Below are positions 49,807-64,000 of a stretch of 64,000 nt of DNA, one piece after another. Within the stretch, counting starts at the first letter, position 1. Each line of letters begins with the position of its first letter. The notes under the pieces are model-generated. The model was given only the letters and a program-made list of their open reading frames with translations, was not told the DNA's origin and made no database searches. The stretch is taken from contig CM114271.1 of assembly GCA_050084515.1 (NCBI GenBank), positions 34,348,001-34,412,000 on the forward strand, read 5' to 3'. The stretch comes from Blasia pusilla (taxonomy: Eukaryota). The translations under genes and the position numbers were made by a program.

Positions 49807-50942
49807 CTCTTAAGCATTTTGTTCCCCCAAAGAATTCCAAGGCATTATCCAATTTCTTCTTGCAAGGTTTTTAAGAATGAGCTCTCTTCTTTAGTTTGAC
49901 TAGACCAACCAAAACATTATTTATGAACTGATTTTCACATATTCAGATATATGACATTCTTATTTCTTAGAGCTTAGGGAAAATTATTTTCAATAATATG
50001 ATTATACATGCAAGTGAGAGAAAATAATTCTAAAACAAAAATTTTGAGTAAAATGAAATAAAAAATTTGCTTCATAAAATTATGAACAGATAACAATTTT
50101 TAATTTAATGTCAAGAAAATTTTAGATAGGAAGAGATATTTCTTAAACTTTTTCAAAATTTAAAAGTTAATTATCCAAATGTTACTATAAAGTGTAAAAA
50201 GATAAACTAAAACTTTCCATGATTTAATTCACAAATCATAATTTTATGATAATAAATGGGGCGGACCAAAACATACGTAAGGTAGAATTGTCATGTTAGT
50301 TGTACTTGTCTATGAGTAGAGAGTATTTGTGCAATGTACTCGCGAATATAAAAGAGCAGGCATCGTAAAAGTGTATAGACAACGCTTAGATTCAAACAAA
50401 GGAGAAAAAATGACGATGATACAATCCATTTCCAACCTTATCCCCATGTAAAACCTTATCCATAAAATGAATGTTAGCCACATGATGTGATTTCTTTTTA
50501 GAATTAAGGCCAAAAAATATCAACACTTACGCTTGCTGCCAATGATAGACCAAAGCTGTAATACTGAAGTAATTAAGGAATACAACACAAAAAATAGGTT
50601 TCAAATAGATGCACCCAAAAAACGGAGGAAGACGAGATGATGACCCCAACTATAGCAAGTTTTTGCATAAACCAAATATTTGGTAAATTTTCTGGAAAAA
50701 CATCTTGAATATTTGATCCCAAATTTTCTATTGGACATCCCATGATTGACATGACATATATTTTTTTACCTACCTAGAAACCAATTTTTTTGGAAATTCC
50801 ATATCAAATATTCAATCCTAAAGCCTAATGTGAACCTTGAACCATAGCAATCGGCCCATCGCCATGGATAGAACTTATTCTCAACCTTATCCATAAGGTG
50901 GATCTTAGCCATAGGATTTGGTTTGGCAGTGAGGAGGCATAC

Positions 50943-51167
50943 CACATGGAGCGATATATTGTGCGAATACACATTGGTACACAACCTGCATGGTTGTCAC
51001 ATACAAACATATCGTAAGGTAACATCAATGTAACCCATATCACAAACATATGTCACATGGAGCGATATATTGTGCGAATACACATTGGTACACAAATTAC
51101 ATTTTTGTCACATACAAACATACAATAAGATAACATCACCATAACTCATATCACAAACACGTCACAT
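50943..51167 (+). repeat. Tandem duplication, 111-bp unit, 2 copies
   Basis: CACATGGAGCGATATATTGTGCGAATACACATTGGTACACAA identical at 50943 and 51054; the remainder is diverged. Confidence 0.9.
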
Positions 51168-52559
51168 CCACATGTATACAATTAGCCCATTACATAAAGA
51201 GGTTGCAGAAAGAAAATTAGATAAGAAACACAATATTCTGCAATAATGTTGAACAATAGTCGAACCAAACCCATCCTCAACGTTAGGTAATCCTCATCTA
51301 ATGCATGCCAGAAAAATCGTGCCCTAACCCCTCCTGGGAAGACACAACTGTGGAAAAGTGAGCCTCTCCAAGCCTCCCTTGGACCCTTTGGGATATATCC
51401 CTCTCAAGGCTCCAAGAACGTGACTTATTCATACAAGGCACCTCAACTTGCACAATAGGTTCCTAACTAATCAAGATCTTCCAAGAAACCTCCAAGAAAG
51501 CCTTTGGGGGCTTTCTTGGAGGTTTCTTGGAACGTAATTTAGTAAGGGAGGCCAACAAGTCACTTTTGACTTCTACACACCTAAGTACAAACATAGTCTC
51601 GCTCCCGAGGCCTACTACATACTCTTGCTCAAAAACAAATACGGTGATTGATGGGACTACATGATGTCGTTCTGGTGATATGCTGTTTGGTGGTGAAGTT
51701 CTTAAGGGTTGTTGGCTACGCACAAGTGGTCTTTTTTTTCATCTTTTGTGATATTTTTCAATGATTCTTCATAATTTGGTCAAAACTTTGGCAATATAGT
51801 AACTTCTTGTAGATGAGGTGCCATTGAGCTTAAGTTTATCAATAAGTTATCAAGAGGGGTAATTATTTTTTGATAGTTCTAAGTGAAAATTTCTTTGATG
51901 ATGTTGGAGCTCATGAGAGAGTGAGAGTATAGGCAAAGGGTTTACACATAGTGGCATAGGATATCTTGGGCTCCTACATTTGGAACCATCTTGATCCATC
52001 CTTGTGACAACCTCAAACTTTGCTTCCGCTTCATCTTAGAGTACCATAAGTTTAATAAAGCTTATCTTCTCTATTTGGAGACATCAACGCTTGACCTACA
52101 TGTCATATTTAACCTCATTACTTTCAAATTACAACTTCAAAACTCAAAGGCGTAGTCATGATTATTTGCCAAATAAAATTAACCCGCTTTGCACCAAGTT
52201 TTGGCGCATATGAATTTCTTCTAAATACAAAGTTATATATGTTAAGTTAATTGTACCATCACCTAAATCATCTAATCTCTCGGTGAGAGAACTGCTTCAT
52301 GAACCAATTTATGGAGGAAAATTAATAGAGGGCAAGTCCTTATCTACACAAACTCATTATGGAACTAGATTTGAGTTTAGGAACAATGTGATCTTGGATG
52401 GATACGACTTTGAAGGGAATTATGGAGAAAAAGGATGTCAAAGAATTGGAGCTTTTTTGAAGAAATACTTACACTAGAGGATTACAAATCAAACGTGAAA
52501 TAAATATTTTCAACTCCTAATTTGATGAAATAGAGAAGTTTTGGTGGTGGAAATGACTT

Positions 52560-53130
52560 TTTGAAAATCAAGAAGAAATATTGGAAAACGACCTTGACAC
52601 AAGCACTTGATTAAAGATTTGGGGCTGGTGGTTTGATCAAAATACTTGCTTGTTACCTACCCCCAATTTGAGGGTTGCATACAAACAAAGTGCATGTTTG
52701 CAAACTGATGTAAGTTATGTTCATCCTAGGGACCGATATATTGGTGTGAGTTTGGCTACCGACATCATGTACCAAGGCACACCCTGCCCAATATGCTCAC
52801 ACCCCAAGAATGCACAAAAAAGAACTTATCCCTCTTTGGACAAGTCCGGAGGTGCCATCCTGTACTTGTTCTTGCATTATGGCCGGTGTCCCTATTTCAA
52901 CCCTTGCCCGTGTTTGATCCACATCCCACCTTCATCCCTACCATGTGGTTTGGATGTGAGCTAGAGTTTTTGGAGGGATATAGGCTCAGGGGTAGCGGTG
53001 TGGGATTAGATGCAGCGGGTGGACCCACATGGACATATATTTTCCTAAGACAGACATAAATCCACAAACATGGAAAAGTCATATTTTTTTCCTGGGGAGA
53101 ATGTGATACCAAAGAGGATCTTCATTATAT
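52560..53130 (-). mobile_element. Heavily deleted Ty3/gypsy pol relic
   Basis: Minus-strand YRMAPPDL (pre-RT motif), upstream DVDQ-like and downstream FLG-like fragments; very degenerate. Confidence 0.35.
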
Positions 53131-55020
53131 GGTTTAATGCCATCAAAGATGCTTTGAATGGTTACCAAGAGGTAGTTGAGGGAATTAGGAAAAATGAAGA
53201 AGATACATGATAGATAAACAAGACAAATATTTTTAGGTATATTTATTACTTGAAAACCAAAAATTCCATGAAATGTGCAATGATATAATTTATAAGTGCA
53301 ACACTTCCAAGTTATGAGTTAGAGGAGTAGGGACGGAAATTTTCATTTCACGGGGTGATCTTCATTTTCCAAAAAATAGCTTTGTTTACAAAAAATACAA
53401 TGCATTTACAAGAATTTCCACTCGGAGGAAACCTCAATCTTACATCTCATAAAATATCCTCTTCCTCCTCTTTTCTTTACTCCACTTCTTCTTTAATGAC
53501 TATCTCTTATTCTTGGAATATCTTTGTTTGGAAAAAATGATAGACTCATCTTCCTAAATTGGAGACAAGAAACTCTTGCCTCACAAGTTGTGTCATGTTG
53601 TATCCTCACTACTTTCTACAACTTTGGATTTCAAAGGTATAGTCGTGATTCTATCTTCTATTGCATAAGAATTTCTTTCAATTAACAAAGATTTGGTTGT
53701 AAAACTACCTCGCCTATAGCAACATATAGATCCATCACCCTATCTCTTAGGGGAGAGAAGTGCTCGATGAAACAAATTATGAGTGGAACTGCCTTTAGGT
53801 AAGGATTAACGATTTCATTGTCAAGATGCATATATTTCTTTCTCACTACAACGGAGGCAAAAATATTTGCTCAAGATCTTTTTGGCTAAAAAATGTGTAA
53901 GTTAGGTGTTATTTTTCTTGAGATGTGATGGTAATCAATGATCCACATCTCAAAAGTGAATGCTTATTTATAACTAGATAATTGGTTCTCAATATTTGGC
54001 CATAGTTCCTCCCAAATGCAAGATTAAACTCCAACATTGCAAATTTGACTCAATGCAAAAACAATTACCCACCTACTCGATAGGTGGAAACATATGAATA
54101 TCACACCTTTCATGAGGTAGCCCTTTTAAAAAATACAATATTTAGTGATATCTTCAAGAGAGAAAGGACTTTGATTAGATTGTGCTCCCAAAGAGGCAAA
54201 CACTTGTAATTAAGCATAAGGAAAGTCAACTAAGTCTAGTATATTAAATCACTTTTTTACAATGAAATCCAGATCCTTGACTTCCTTAGTTATAAAGACG
54301 TACTCATTCTCCACATTCTTCATTGACTCTCATGTAAACATGTACTTCCTTCTCAAAACTTGTACTTGCAATGTCTCTCGCTAGCAACTTCTTCTTTTAG
54401 GCCTTCATTTCCTTCAACAAGTACTAGGGAAAGCATTGGTAATTTATTCTCTCTTGGTAGCTCTTCTTTCTTCTCTTCTCTTGGTTATCCCTTGCCTCTT
54501 TTGGAGAGTAAACCCTTTTGACATTTTTAAATCTGAAAATAATCAAAGAAAGAGTTAATACGTAGTTGAAATGAAGGCTCAATTAGAGAATGGTGAACAA
54601 TAGAAGACCAAATTTATGTAAATATTGCTATTGTAATATCACTTAACTAATCACATTGCAGCTTGGAAGGTCTAGAACTGATCTACTCACTAAAAATGCC
54701 CCCTTTGTGCCGTGTGTCGAGTCTTACATACATACATTTCTACATGACATAAAATGGTGTCACCGTGCAGACATACATAAACACAAGATATCATACTCAC
54801 TCATAAAATCTACAAACATAAATGATCATATACTAAAATATCTTGTATTGCCAAATATCTCTTAGTTCATCTCTTCTTTTAATCTGTATCAAATAAAAAT
54901 TCTTACATACTCTCCATGTCTCTCTCATGTCAAACCCAACCTAATCTCCTTGTAAGAGGCTTGGACTACCCACAAGGAGGACCATAGCTTAGCGCCATAT
55001 GGAAAGAGGTTCAACAAAGA

Positions 55021-55320
55021 TGTCACATCTTAGTAGTCGATAGAAAGACATCTATCGTGACAATGGTAAGAGTCAACAAATTGTCTTGAGTGTTACTTTG
55101 GCTGAGATGTTGGATGAGGTTGGCGACAGGTTTGTTGCATCGGGAACATTGTTTATGGAAATTTTCCTATTTAGGTCTTAGTCAGTCAGGTTAAACGTTC
55201 ACTCGATAAACTGTGCATGCAGATTACTGTTGGGAGGGCTATTTTTGGGGGAAGAGCCTTTTTCCTCTTCCCAAGGGTAAAAGAGATGTGGGTTGTGTAG
55301 CGATGTGTATGTGCATGACA
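55021..55320 (+). mobile_element. Internally deleted solo LTR (300 bp), same family as 29505-30130
   Basis: TGTCACATCTTAG...GATGTGGGTTGTGTAGCGATGTGTATGTGCATGACA; flanks AAGA/AGGA (4-bp TSD, 1 transition). Confidence 0.8.
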
Positions 55321-56779
55321 AGGAGCTCTCTCTCCTTGGGTATATCCCTCCCCTCTCCCCAAGCTCTCTCCTCGATGACATGTGTACATTGATGACCTAC
55401 TTGGCTCTTAACCCATAGTAGGGGTGTAAGGATAATTTCCAAAAATGGAAATAAAACTATGCTCCTAATATAAACTTAACAAAAATAGTAAGTTTCTAAA
55501 TATGGTTTCAAATGAATCCAAACCAAGGAGAAAGTTGCTTAATGAGATTACCCTAATCCCCAATAGATCACCGTTGATCATCCGATCTCCTTGAAGACAC
55601 CATACAAATACTCATCAATCCACTTTAAAAAAGGTGAGAGTCGCCCTTCCCTATCCCTCAAAGTTGCACGCGGACAAAGACCTTGTCACGGGCTTATGAC
55701 CATCCCTAGGACTAACATTTACGTTCAGGCTTAGGTTCTTGAGGCTCGCACTCGGGTCCATCTTTCCCTCAACGTAGACATGGTCTCGGCTTGCTTGCAC
55801 TCACTATCACCCCCTCCAACAACTTACCGCTCATTCTTGCCACCCATTGCTTTCAGCTCGCCCTTGCTCGTAGAGGCCCGCATCGAGCCCATCTAGCCCA
55901 GATTGGGCTAGCCCAAGTAGCTTAGCAAGATTGGCTACGGGCTCGTGGCAGGCGCGTAGGCTTCCGTCGCATCCGCGCTTCCTGACACTGGAGCAAAGTG
56001 TACCAAGGCCATATATATAATTTCCTTTGGGGATGGATATATTTTGAGCATGGTAAGATTCAACTACTACATCTTCTATTCTCTTAAAGCTAATTCACGG
56101 TGTGAGTTCAAATAACCTTTATTTTTTTGCAGAATGCTTGTGCCTATAGTATTTCTCTTTGAGTGGAATGTACAAGAGAACATGTCAAATAACATGATGG
56201 TGGCGCAAAAAACTTGAGGATTCATGGTGGTATTTATCATGCTATTGGAAAACTACATCAAGAGATAGATGCTTCACCACAATTTGCATATATTTATATT
56301 CATGATGGTCATAAAATATAGAACAAGCATCATAAAATTGAGAAAATCATACTAAACAGGGGGGGGAGGGGGAATATTTTTAAATTACCAAACACGTTTT
56401 GGAGGACACGTGGATAGTCTCAATGACCAGGAAAAAAAATGAGACATGTTTGTAGAGGCCGTAATTAGATTACAAGACGACGTGTAGTGGTTGAGAAACA
56501 TGGAGATCATATAGAGGATAATAATTTATATAGAGCATATTCAGTGTGAGGAAAGAACTCACAAGGCATGTACAAAGACTACAACTGCTCCACAATTTTC
56601 TTTTGTCTAACTCCAAGTTAGAGCCCATGATGTACATTACAGGAAGTTATTGAGGTTGTATCGTTTTACTCAAGAAAACTTGTTGGATGTGTTTGCAAGT
56701 ATAAAGATGTAAACATTGACTTTGGTACAACTTTAGAAGAAGAAGAAAGAAGTTGAGATTTGACTCCTACGTACCGAGG

Positions 56780-58790
56780 TATTAGAGATATTATGACTAT
56801 GCACGATGTTAATGGTAATGCAATAGGGAGATAATTCCTCTTGACAAAGAGGAATTATCATTGTAGAAGGACCACAATACATGCATCGATTTTATGATGA
56901 TGTCATAGCCATTGTAAGACACTTTGAGCATCCTAGCTACTTTTAAACCATGACTTGGAGCCCTTAATGGTTAGAGATTGCTTCAACTCTACTTCTAGTC
57001 AACAATCTCTTATAGTAATGACTTCGTCGTATATGCTTTGTAAAGAGAGAGAGAAAATACCTATAGTGGAAAGACATTTTTAAAAAGTAATAGGATGTAT
57101 TCATATAGTCAAGCTTCAAAAAGGATGTGTGTAATGTGTGCTTATGTTAATTATTCTTGCCTTTGAAGATAAGTTACCACAAGCATAAGATATAATGATG
57201 GCAACCTAATTTTGATTTTGATATGATAATGATGATATTACTTTTATTTTGATGATGTTTTATATGTGGAGATTATCAATCCTACCACTTATCCTAGACT
57301 TAGTCTACTAAAAGAAATTATATGGTTGATGGTGCATATGGAATCTTCAAGCAAATGTGCCAAGTATAGATTTTTTTTTCTTTTTAATGCTACCCAATCC
57401 CTTTGCATCTATGACAATGGAGAACAAGGATGTATATGTGATTAATAAGAGGTGTTTCTTTTGTTTGACGATTAATTAATTTGATAGTAAATAAATAAAT
57501 ATTATTAATTAATTTATATCTTCTGATTATGCATATATGATAATGACAAGACTCAAAAGAAGGCTAATAAGTCAAACCACCACTTCAAAATTTGGTTATT
57601 GGGTCCATATAATTCCCTGCTATGTACTCTCATTGCATGTTCTATCAATTGTGAGATAACATATTTAATTTGGCAGAAAAATTATTACCGGCAGAAAGTA
57701 GGTGCATAGGGGATGTGATTTCGTGATATACATCTTGGCAAAAGGACAAGTGGGATGAGACATTGCTTTATCTTAATGAAAGGTAATTCAATATTTTGAG
57801 TATTTTACAATCTTCTTACTATTGTTTTCTAATGGTTGGTGGTTTGAGTAATCTTACTTTAAGTTATTGTAAATTTTTCTTAGTTGTCTTTATATTAATC
57901 TTTGGAAGTATGTTGGTGATTTGTCATTACAAGATAAATTGTACATCTTCCAAAAAGAGAAAATTTCCAAATGGTGCATTTTCATGAGTGGATCATTGAC
58001 TTATTGGGTAATATTTTGGAGTGAGTAAGGAGACAACTCTCACTCAATGATAGGCCGTTTAATGACATCTTTATTTAGATTTCCCTTTTTACTACTCTTT
58101 GATACCATATTAGACATTTTTCTTTCACTAATCTAGATAAAATTTATCTTCTATCTTAAGAACTATTTTAAAAATAATTAATGAAATTAAAAAGGAAAAT
58201 TCTTACCTTAAATTGCAAAGGGAATTTTTCAAAGCTTCTCTTGGGGGATAACTCCTTAACTATTGGATGGAGATTCTGAAGTTACGAATGAGTGATTCAA
58301 GATGTGTGACCTTAGATCCCTATCCAAGTATATAAGAGCTCCACTTGCATGTATAGATTCGTGACTCAAATAGCTTCTTTTATGGCTACTCTTTGTCATG
58401 TCTATCATTAATATATTTCATCTCAAATTTTTTTATTACGAGTGTGTGCCTTTCACATTATATTGATGTGTTGGATATTTCTTAGTCTATCATTGAATGG
58501 TCAAATGACCCATATTATATAGAAGGCAATGTTGATTGTGTGGGATGAAGCCCCTATGCCCTATTTGAATTTCAATTTCCAAGACAATGAGGGTTGGGTG
58601 GATCCTCAACCGCAAAACTTGCAAGTTGGGATCAAGATATTCATATTTGGTTGTGATTTTTTACAATTTCTTATGATTATCCCTCGTAGAAGTCAATGGA
58701 GAGTGCGTCAAGCTAAGGAGATATCTTATTCGGTCTCATGTAAGGGTCCTAAATTCACTAAGAACATGAGAGTGAATATTTTACAAGGTT
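56780..58790 (+). mobile_element. Degenerate Helitron Rep/helicase relic
   Basis: Rep-like IAIVRHFEHPSYFxTMTW.P.WLEI (~56905-56980) and HIVKLQK (VEFQKRG-like, ~57102); PIF1-helicase motifs LIVWDEAPM, FGCDFLQFL (GGDFRQ-like) and FTKNMRV (58529-58760). Confidence 0.75.
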
Positions 58791-59230
58791 ACCGTATTTT
58801 CCTTTCTTTTGGATATACTATTTTTCAAGAAATTACTAAGGATTTTACTATTTTATCTTTTCTAAGACTTGAAGGACAAGATCAATAATCATTTAAAAGT
58901 TGATTGTATTCCTGAAATGTGGACCAACGCAATAATGGTTAAGACCATGAAATTGAAAAGTACCTCAATCAAGAAAAGAATTAATTCATTGCTTTCATTG
59001 AGAATAATGTTTATAAATGGATTCATATTGAATTCTTGAGGGACATTTCCATTTGACTAAAAATATTACTATGGTTATTACTATATTATCACTATTGAAA
59101 TGAAATCATGTCTCATTCCCAAGTGAGGTATGTTTTTGTTAACTTGAAAATTTCTCAAAATCCTCAAGATATATTTGAAACATGAAAATTTCCATAAATT
59201 ATACTTTCCCGTCCTTCTTAGTCTCACGAT

Positions 59231-59830
59231 CAAGGTTGCATGGAAATGGAAAAGTCAACAGACATGTCCTCTTATCCTCGGCCCCCATTCGAGCTCACCC
59301 TCGAAGCCCGCCAAGCCCGTAGCGGGCACCCGGGCTAGCCAAGCCCCGCACAGGTTTTGTGGCATGCGGCTAAGCCCGCGCAAGGCCCACATAGACACGT
59401 AAGGTTGCACATAAACATAGAAGTTTGTCCATGGGACAAATATGTCCACGGACATGCCAGCCGTGTAGACCTAGGCTGACGGAGCCGACACTCTTTGCGT
59501 GGCCCACGAAGGCCCACCGCGAGCTTGGCCGCTATTGGGTGGGGCCCACATGGTGGGTTGGTGGCCGTTGGGGGCTTGCCTTGGGAACCCGCGTAGAGAC
59601 CGCCAAAAGCATGCATGGTAGGCTCAAGCGAGCCTTTTGCCCGCATGCGGGCTCTCTCACTGCGGGTCTACGCGGTGGACTCTGAGCAAGCTCGGGTGCA
59701 GGAACCCGGGTCCGGACGGACATGAGTCCGTGGACATGGACTTTTTCCGTGTGCAACCCATTGGGCGGGCTCGGCGGGCCACCAAACCGGTGTGGGCTTC
59801 GGGTACGGGCTCGGGTGAGGGCCATAGGTA
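59231..59830. mobile_element. Nested hAT-type non-autonomous elements (inner copy 59400-59761)
   Basis: CAAGGTTGCA at 59231 and TAAGGTTGCA at 59400; the inner copy ends ...GGACTTTTTCCGTGTGCAACCCAT, the reverse complement of the family start; dense GCCCG/CGGGC motifs. Confidence 0.6.
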
Positions 59831-62800
59831 CTTGTGCTTATTGAGGTTATGACTTTGGTGGGTCATACCAAAATCTCTCCTCCTTGGATCATGACTCGCT
59901 TCCCAAAAGTCTCCTAACTCAACCGTCATAAATTGAACTATTCGCAAACTTCTACTAAATGTCTAGAACATTTAATTACAAACTTCTCATGGGATAAATT
60001 TTACATGTTTTTTTTTTACTTCTTCTTATCAGCTTTACTAATTTTCATTATCAGGCCAGTGGCTATTTTAAAAATTGATTTTTTTAATAGCACGTGCCTT
60101 TCCAAGATACCCAATTTACTAGTATAGGAATATAAAAGATATGGAAGAATAAAATCCGATGGAATGTACATAGGGATAACCCCAAACGAGAAACTCTCAA
60201 ATGAAAAACTGTTAGTTTAGAACGCAGACTGAATTGTTCGTATCCACGATCCCATTTATGCGATTTAACACGATGGCAGAGTGCGATGATAGTGGAGCCT
60301 AAAAATATATGCGCAAGGACTATTCGACTTTCGAGGGGAGAGAGAGAGTTTCCTGTGGCAAGCAGAGAAGAAGGGAGGGGTTGACATTACCACGTCCGAA
60401 CCCGCCCAGCGCCTAACTCGCCGTAGGTCGCTCAAGGAAGCAGTCAGTGCTCCCTCCAAGCGAAGTCGGCCATTCTCTGAAAAGCTCGTGGAACAGTCAA
60501 TTCTGGACAAGTACCGGCATAGAACACGGGGGTTTTCGACAATCGGACTTGCCTCGTTCTTTACTTGGGCATGTCTAACTTTTCACAAATTGTCGCAAAT
60601 TGACAAAGCGGCTCCTAATAGAACCGGTGACCTGGTCTTCTTACCCACACGTCCGCCTCTTGAAGGCTCGGGAATACTGACTGCTCTTCGTTCACATTCT
60701 CCGGGCCAGCGCTGGGGCCTCGATTTCGGTCTATATTTGAATCTCTGTTGCGTAAGCGGAACTCGGAAGACCCGCACAATCGCTCGCGGTCGGATACAGA
60801 TCGTCGTGCATTGGTAGTGAGAGGCTTGAAGTCATAAAGTGTGGAATTAAGCTGGATTCGGTTTCGGTCGGACCCAGAACGTCTTATATTGGTAGTAGGA
60901 AAGAGCCTTGAAGCGCGGAATGAGTTCTGTGCGGCACTAGCTCGGTCAACTGGTAGCCGTGGTGCGCCGGTGTAGTGGCTTTGGGGAGAATGTGCGTTAC
61001 GCTTTTTCGGATACTTGAACGAAGCGCTCTCTTCCACAGAGCGGACGACATCGCCTTTCGAAGTAGTGCAACTTGGCCGACGAACATGTCACTTGCAGCA
61101 GTTTCACGACTTGGGAGCGAACCGGCCAGAACGAAATTCCGACGATTGGCTCTGCGTGCGGCTAACCTGAAGGACGGACTGTGTCGTTTTGTATTGAAGA
61201 GAGATTTAACTGATCGTTGAGAGTTACGGCGCTCATCGAGTGCCGATAGCGCACGCCTTTTTCAAACCATTGCTGCATTCAAACCATTAATTATACAAGC
61301 ACGCTTCAGATTGTCGTTTGGCAATAGAGAGCCTTGTTGATGGCATCAGGATCCACCTTGATTCGCTCTGATTCACACCGTCAGCTGTATTCCTCGCACG
61401 GTCGCAGCGCAGCATCTGAAGGACCATGTGCAATAAGCACTTTTCGAAGGGTGTTGGGCACCGCGGCGAGTTTGACTGACACTGCAAAGTTGTACGCGGC
61501 TCGAAGGATCAAATTGATGTTGTGATTCATCTTACCGGGATGTTTGAGGTAACGACGGATGCATTTACCAGGACTCGTATGAAAACGCTCCGGTGATATC
61601 AATCGCCGATTCCTCCAGAAATATCAATCGCTGATACCTGACAAACCATGTACCTCCTCCATTTCTGTTCTCGCTGAGACGTGGAGGATGGCCTAGCTGC
61701 AGTGCTCCTGCACTGCCAGAGAGAGGGTTTTTTCAGTCAGTTGTGAGATAGGAGAAGGCAGAGAGTCCAGCCAAACCCTTTCAAGAATAGGCGTCTGGAC
61801 TTTAGATCTCATGTGCCAATCGCCGGCTTTCCGATGCGCATGCAGCAACCAGACGATTCCCATGTCCATGCCGCATTCCGGATACGTCGTGGTTGGTCCA
61901 ATTATTGTGTAGATGTGAGCGCTTTCGGGGCTAAATGCCAAGACACCTGCAGGGCTGCCGTGCTGTCAGTGTAAGACAAAAAGACTCTTTTCACTAGCTT
62001 TAATTGGCGATGGGCGGATCACCGGCCACGTCCTGGTATCCGAACGTCTGTTACATAGTCGCTTCACGCAAAGGAACCAAAGGCTCACGCCAGGAGAAAA
62101 GGGAAACGGACAAATTCCCTTCCACCCTTTCCACAGAGTAGTTTTCTTCGGCCGCCGCTCCTTTTTAAGGAGTAACGAAAGCGTGGCCTGTTCTTGAATT
62201 CGGATGTCAAAAAAGCCTCAAGTTCATGTCACCGGTCGCGAATGTTTTATGACTGTCCAGATACGCGCCTCCCATCTCTTTCATGTTCCGCAACTGACCG
62301 TAGGTGGCAATCAAATCCATCCATCCCCTTCGACGTTACCGAATGATTCTTCTATCCGACAGCGGCCGAGGTTAGCTAGCAACTTCTTATTCCCCCCCGA
62401 TCGAGCAAAAGGGAATGTAGCTCAGATCCAGAGACGTAATGAACCCAGTCCAAATGTCACCGCAGCCCGAGCAGGAAACCGTACTGCTGGATCTGAAGAC
62501 ACTCACTTCTCCTGCATCCAAGCGAAAAATAAAGCCCTCGGAAATCCTCCGCATATGTACCTGCCCCGAGAGCCTACATATGTATGATGATACATATCAT
62601 GACGAGCTTCGAGCTCACCTCACGGTACCCCAGCGTGCCGTGGCCTCCTGGTCAGTGTTCAAGGGCCGTGGATGCGCCGTGAGACGTCCAAGTACCCTTC
62701 CTATCGCTGAAATTAGACTGGCCGTCACACACCATGGGCCCCAAGGACGACGGGGTACACTGGACTTCCTCTTCGGTACTTTTATAATTATAGTTATAGT

Positions 62801-64000
62801 TACTGTGCCCGTGGGATGAAGGGGTTAACTCCCAAAATTGTTATGGGATATGTTTTTAAATCAATTTAGAAAGAATGATTCCGTTGGTTGAGAGATGGTT
62901 GGGACCACATGAAGAGTTTGGAAAAAATGGGTTTGGGCACTCCCCACTTATCCTACAGATTAATGATAGACCAAATCCCCCATGGTAAAGTAGGCACCCG
63001 ACTAACCTATTTCTTCGGAACTTCGTGGAACTCTCATATCTGACATGATCGCTCTATCCCACTTCTAGGCCAAGTGATCAACCTCGCACCCTACGAGCAA
63101 TCAAAGGTGAGAAGCCTGGCCCACGTAGGACCAAATTATCTCTGCCGTGATTGCAGGCAGGGAAGGAGTACCTGCTGCTGCTGATGATAGATTTTCGCTG
63201 CCCAAGTTGATCGATATCTAGTTTCGCAAAGGCTCCAGAAACTTCCGCCTAGCGTTTGGGGTGATTCTCTTGCCCCTTAGAGATCACTGCCATAAATCGG
63301 AACTGATACTCGTCGATTTTCCAAGAAAGGAACCTAAGGATTTTAATCTGTAGGTTCTTGTACGGCTTGTCCAAAAATCTGGTCTCAAAACAGGAGTCCA
63401 AAGGTAACCCCGTTCTCCAAATGTTGAAAAGGTGAAAAGAGGGTTTGGAAGTCAATAGAGTTTATTAACATTCGGTAGACCATGGAAAGTCGAAGTCGGA
63501 TAAAAAGTAATGGTCCCAATTGCCACAAGCTTCTGTGGTTGCATTCCAGAAAAGTGTAAAAAATGACCACCTATAACTCAAGTCAGGGTTTTAGGCTCAA
63601 CTACACATTCAGGGAATACATACATATATATATTTATATCCATGTATATATAGAAAGTGGTGCGGTGGATTAATCGTCTTCTAGCTCGTGGAGCTGGAAT
63701 CTGATCGAGAGCTTGGCAGCTCGAGCCGACCGACTTCATGATCATCTGGGTAGTCGCGGAAGCAAATCTCTATCTAGTTCTAGAGCCGTTACCACGAGTC
63801 TCGTGGACTCGCCGGATCGCTGAAGGTAGTCGAGCCGTTGCGTGAGGATACATGCGATACACAGTGCCTGCTGCCGATTTGTATAATTAGACAAAGCAAC
63901 AATCACGGAGTTTGAGTGAGGTCACGATCGACGGTCACGTCAGACTTGCATGTCTTGAAGCTCAGAGAAAGAACCTGGCAAAACCCCTGACGAGTGCGTG

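Noticed and set aside
60615-61037. 140-aa minus-strand ORF as a gene
   Set aside because: GTG start, upstream in-frame stop, no domain and no consistent exon chain.

Overview
Eukaryotic (land-plant, probably non-seed such as a bryophyte; inferred from the gene and TE families) nuclear DNA. One well-supported host gene: a 16-exon MUT9-like/plant-specific casein-kinase-1-like kinase (MLK/PPK/AEL family, 11933-17204, +, 776 aa). Most of the rest is a nest of decayed transposons: a Ty3/gypsy relic whose pol ends in a PHD finger, several copies of one LTR family (two with 4-bp target-site duplications), a CRE-like non-LTR retrotransposon with its endonuclease deleted, a Ty1/copia relic, a CACTA/En-Spm element, hAT-type non-autonomous elements, a 1.1-kb foldback, a tRNA-derived SINE-like head and a Helitron RepHel relic. 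The most unusual block is 32.4-42.8 kb: an intronless atypical protein kinase (HxDLHxxN/DWG), an orphan ORF and a fragment of a host DUF1338/HGLS gene lie directly upstream of the CACTA genes, which may be a cargo-carrying transposon. An intact 431-aa Arg/Ser/Pro-rich orphan ORF follows in a CpG-rich island (43791-45086). All family assignments come from motif recognition by eye; no searches were run.
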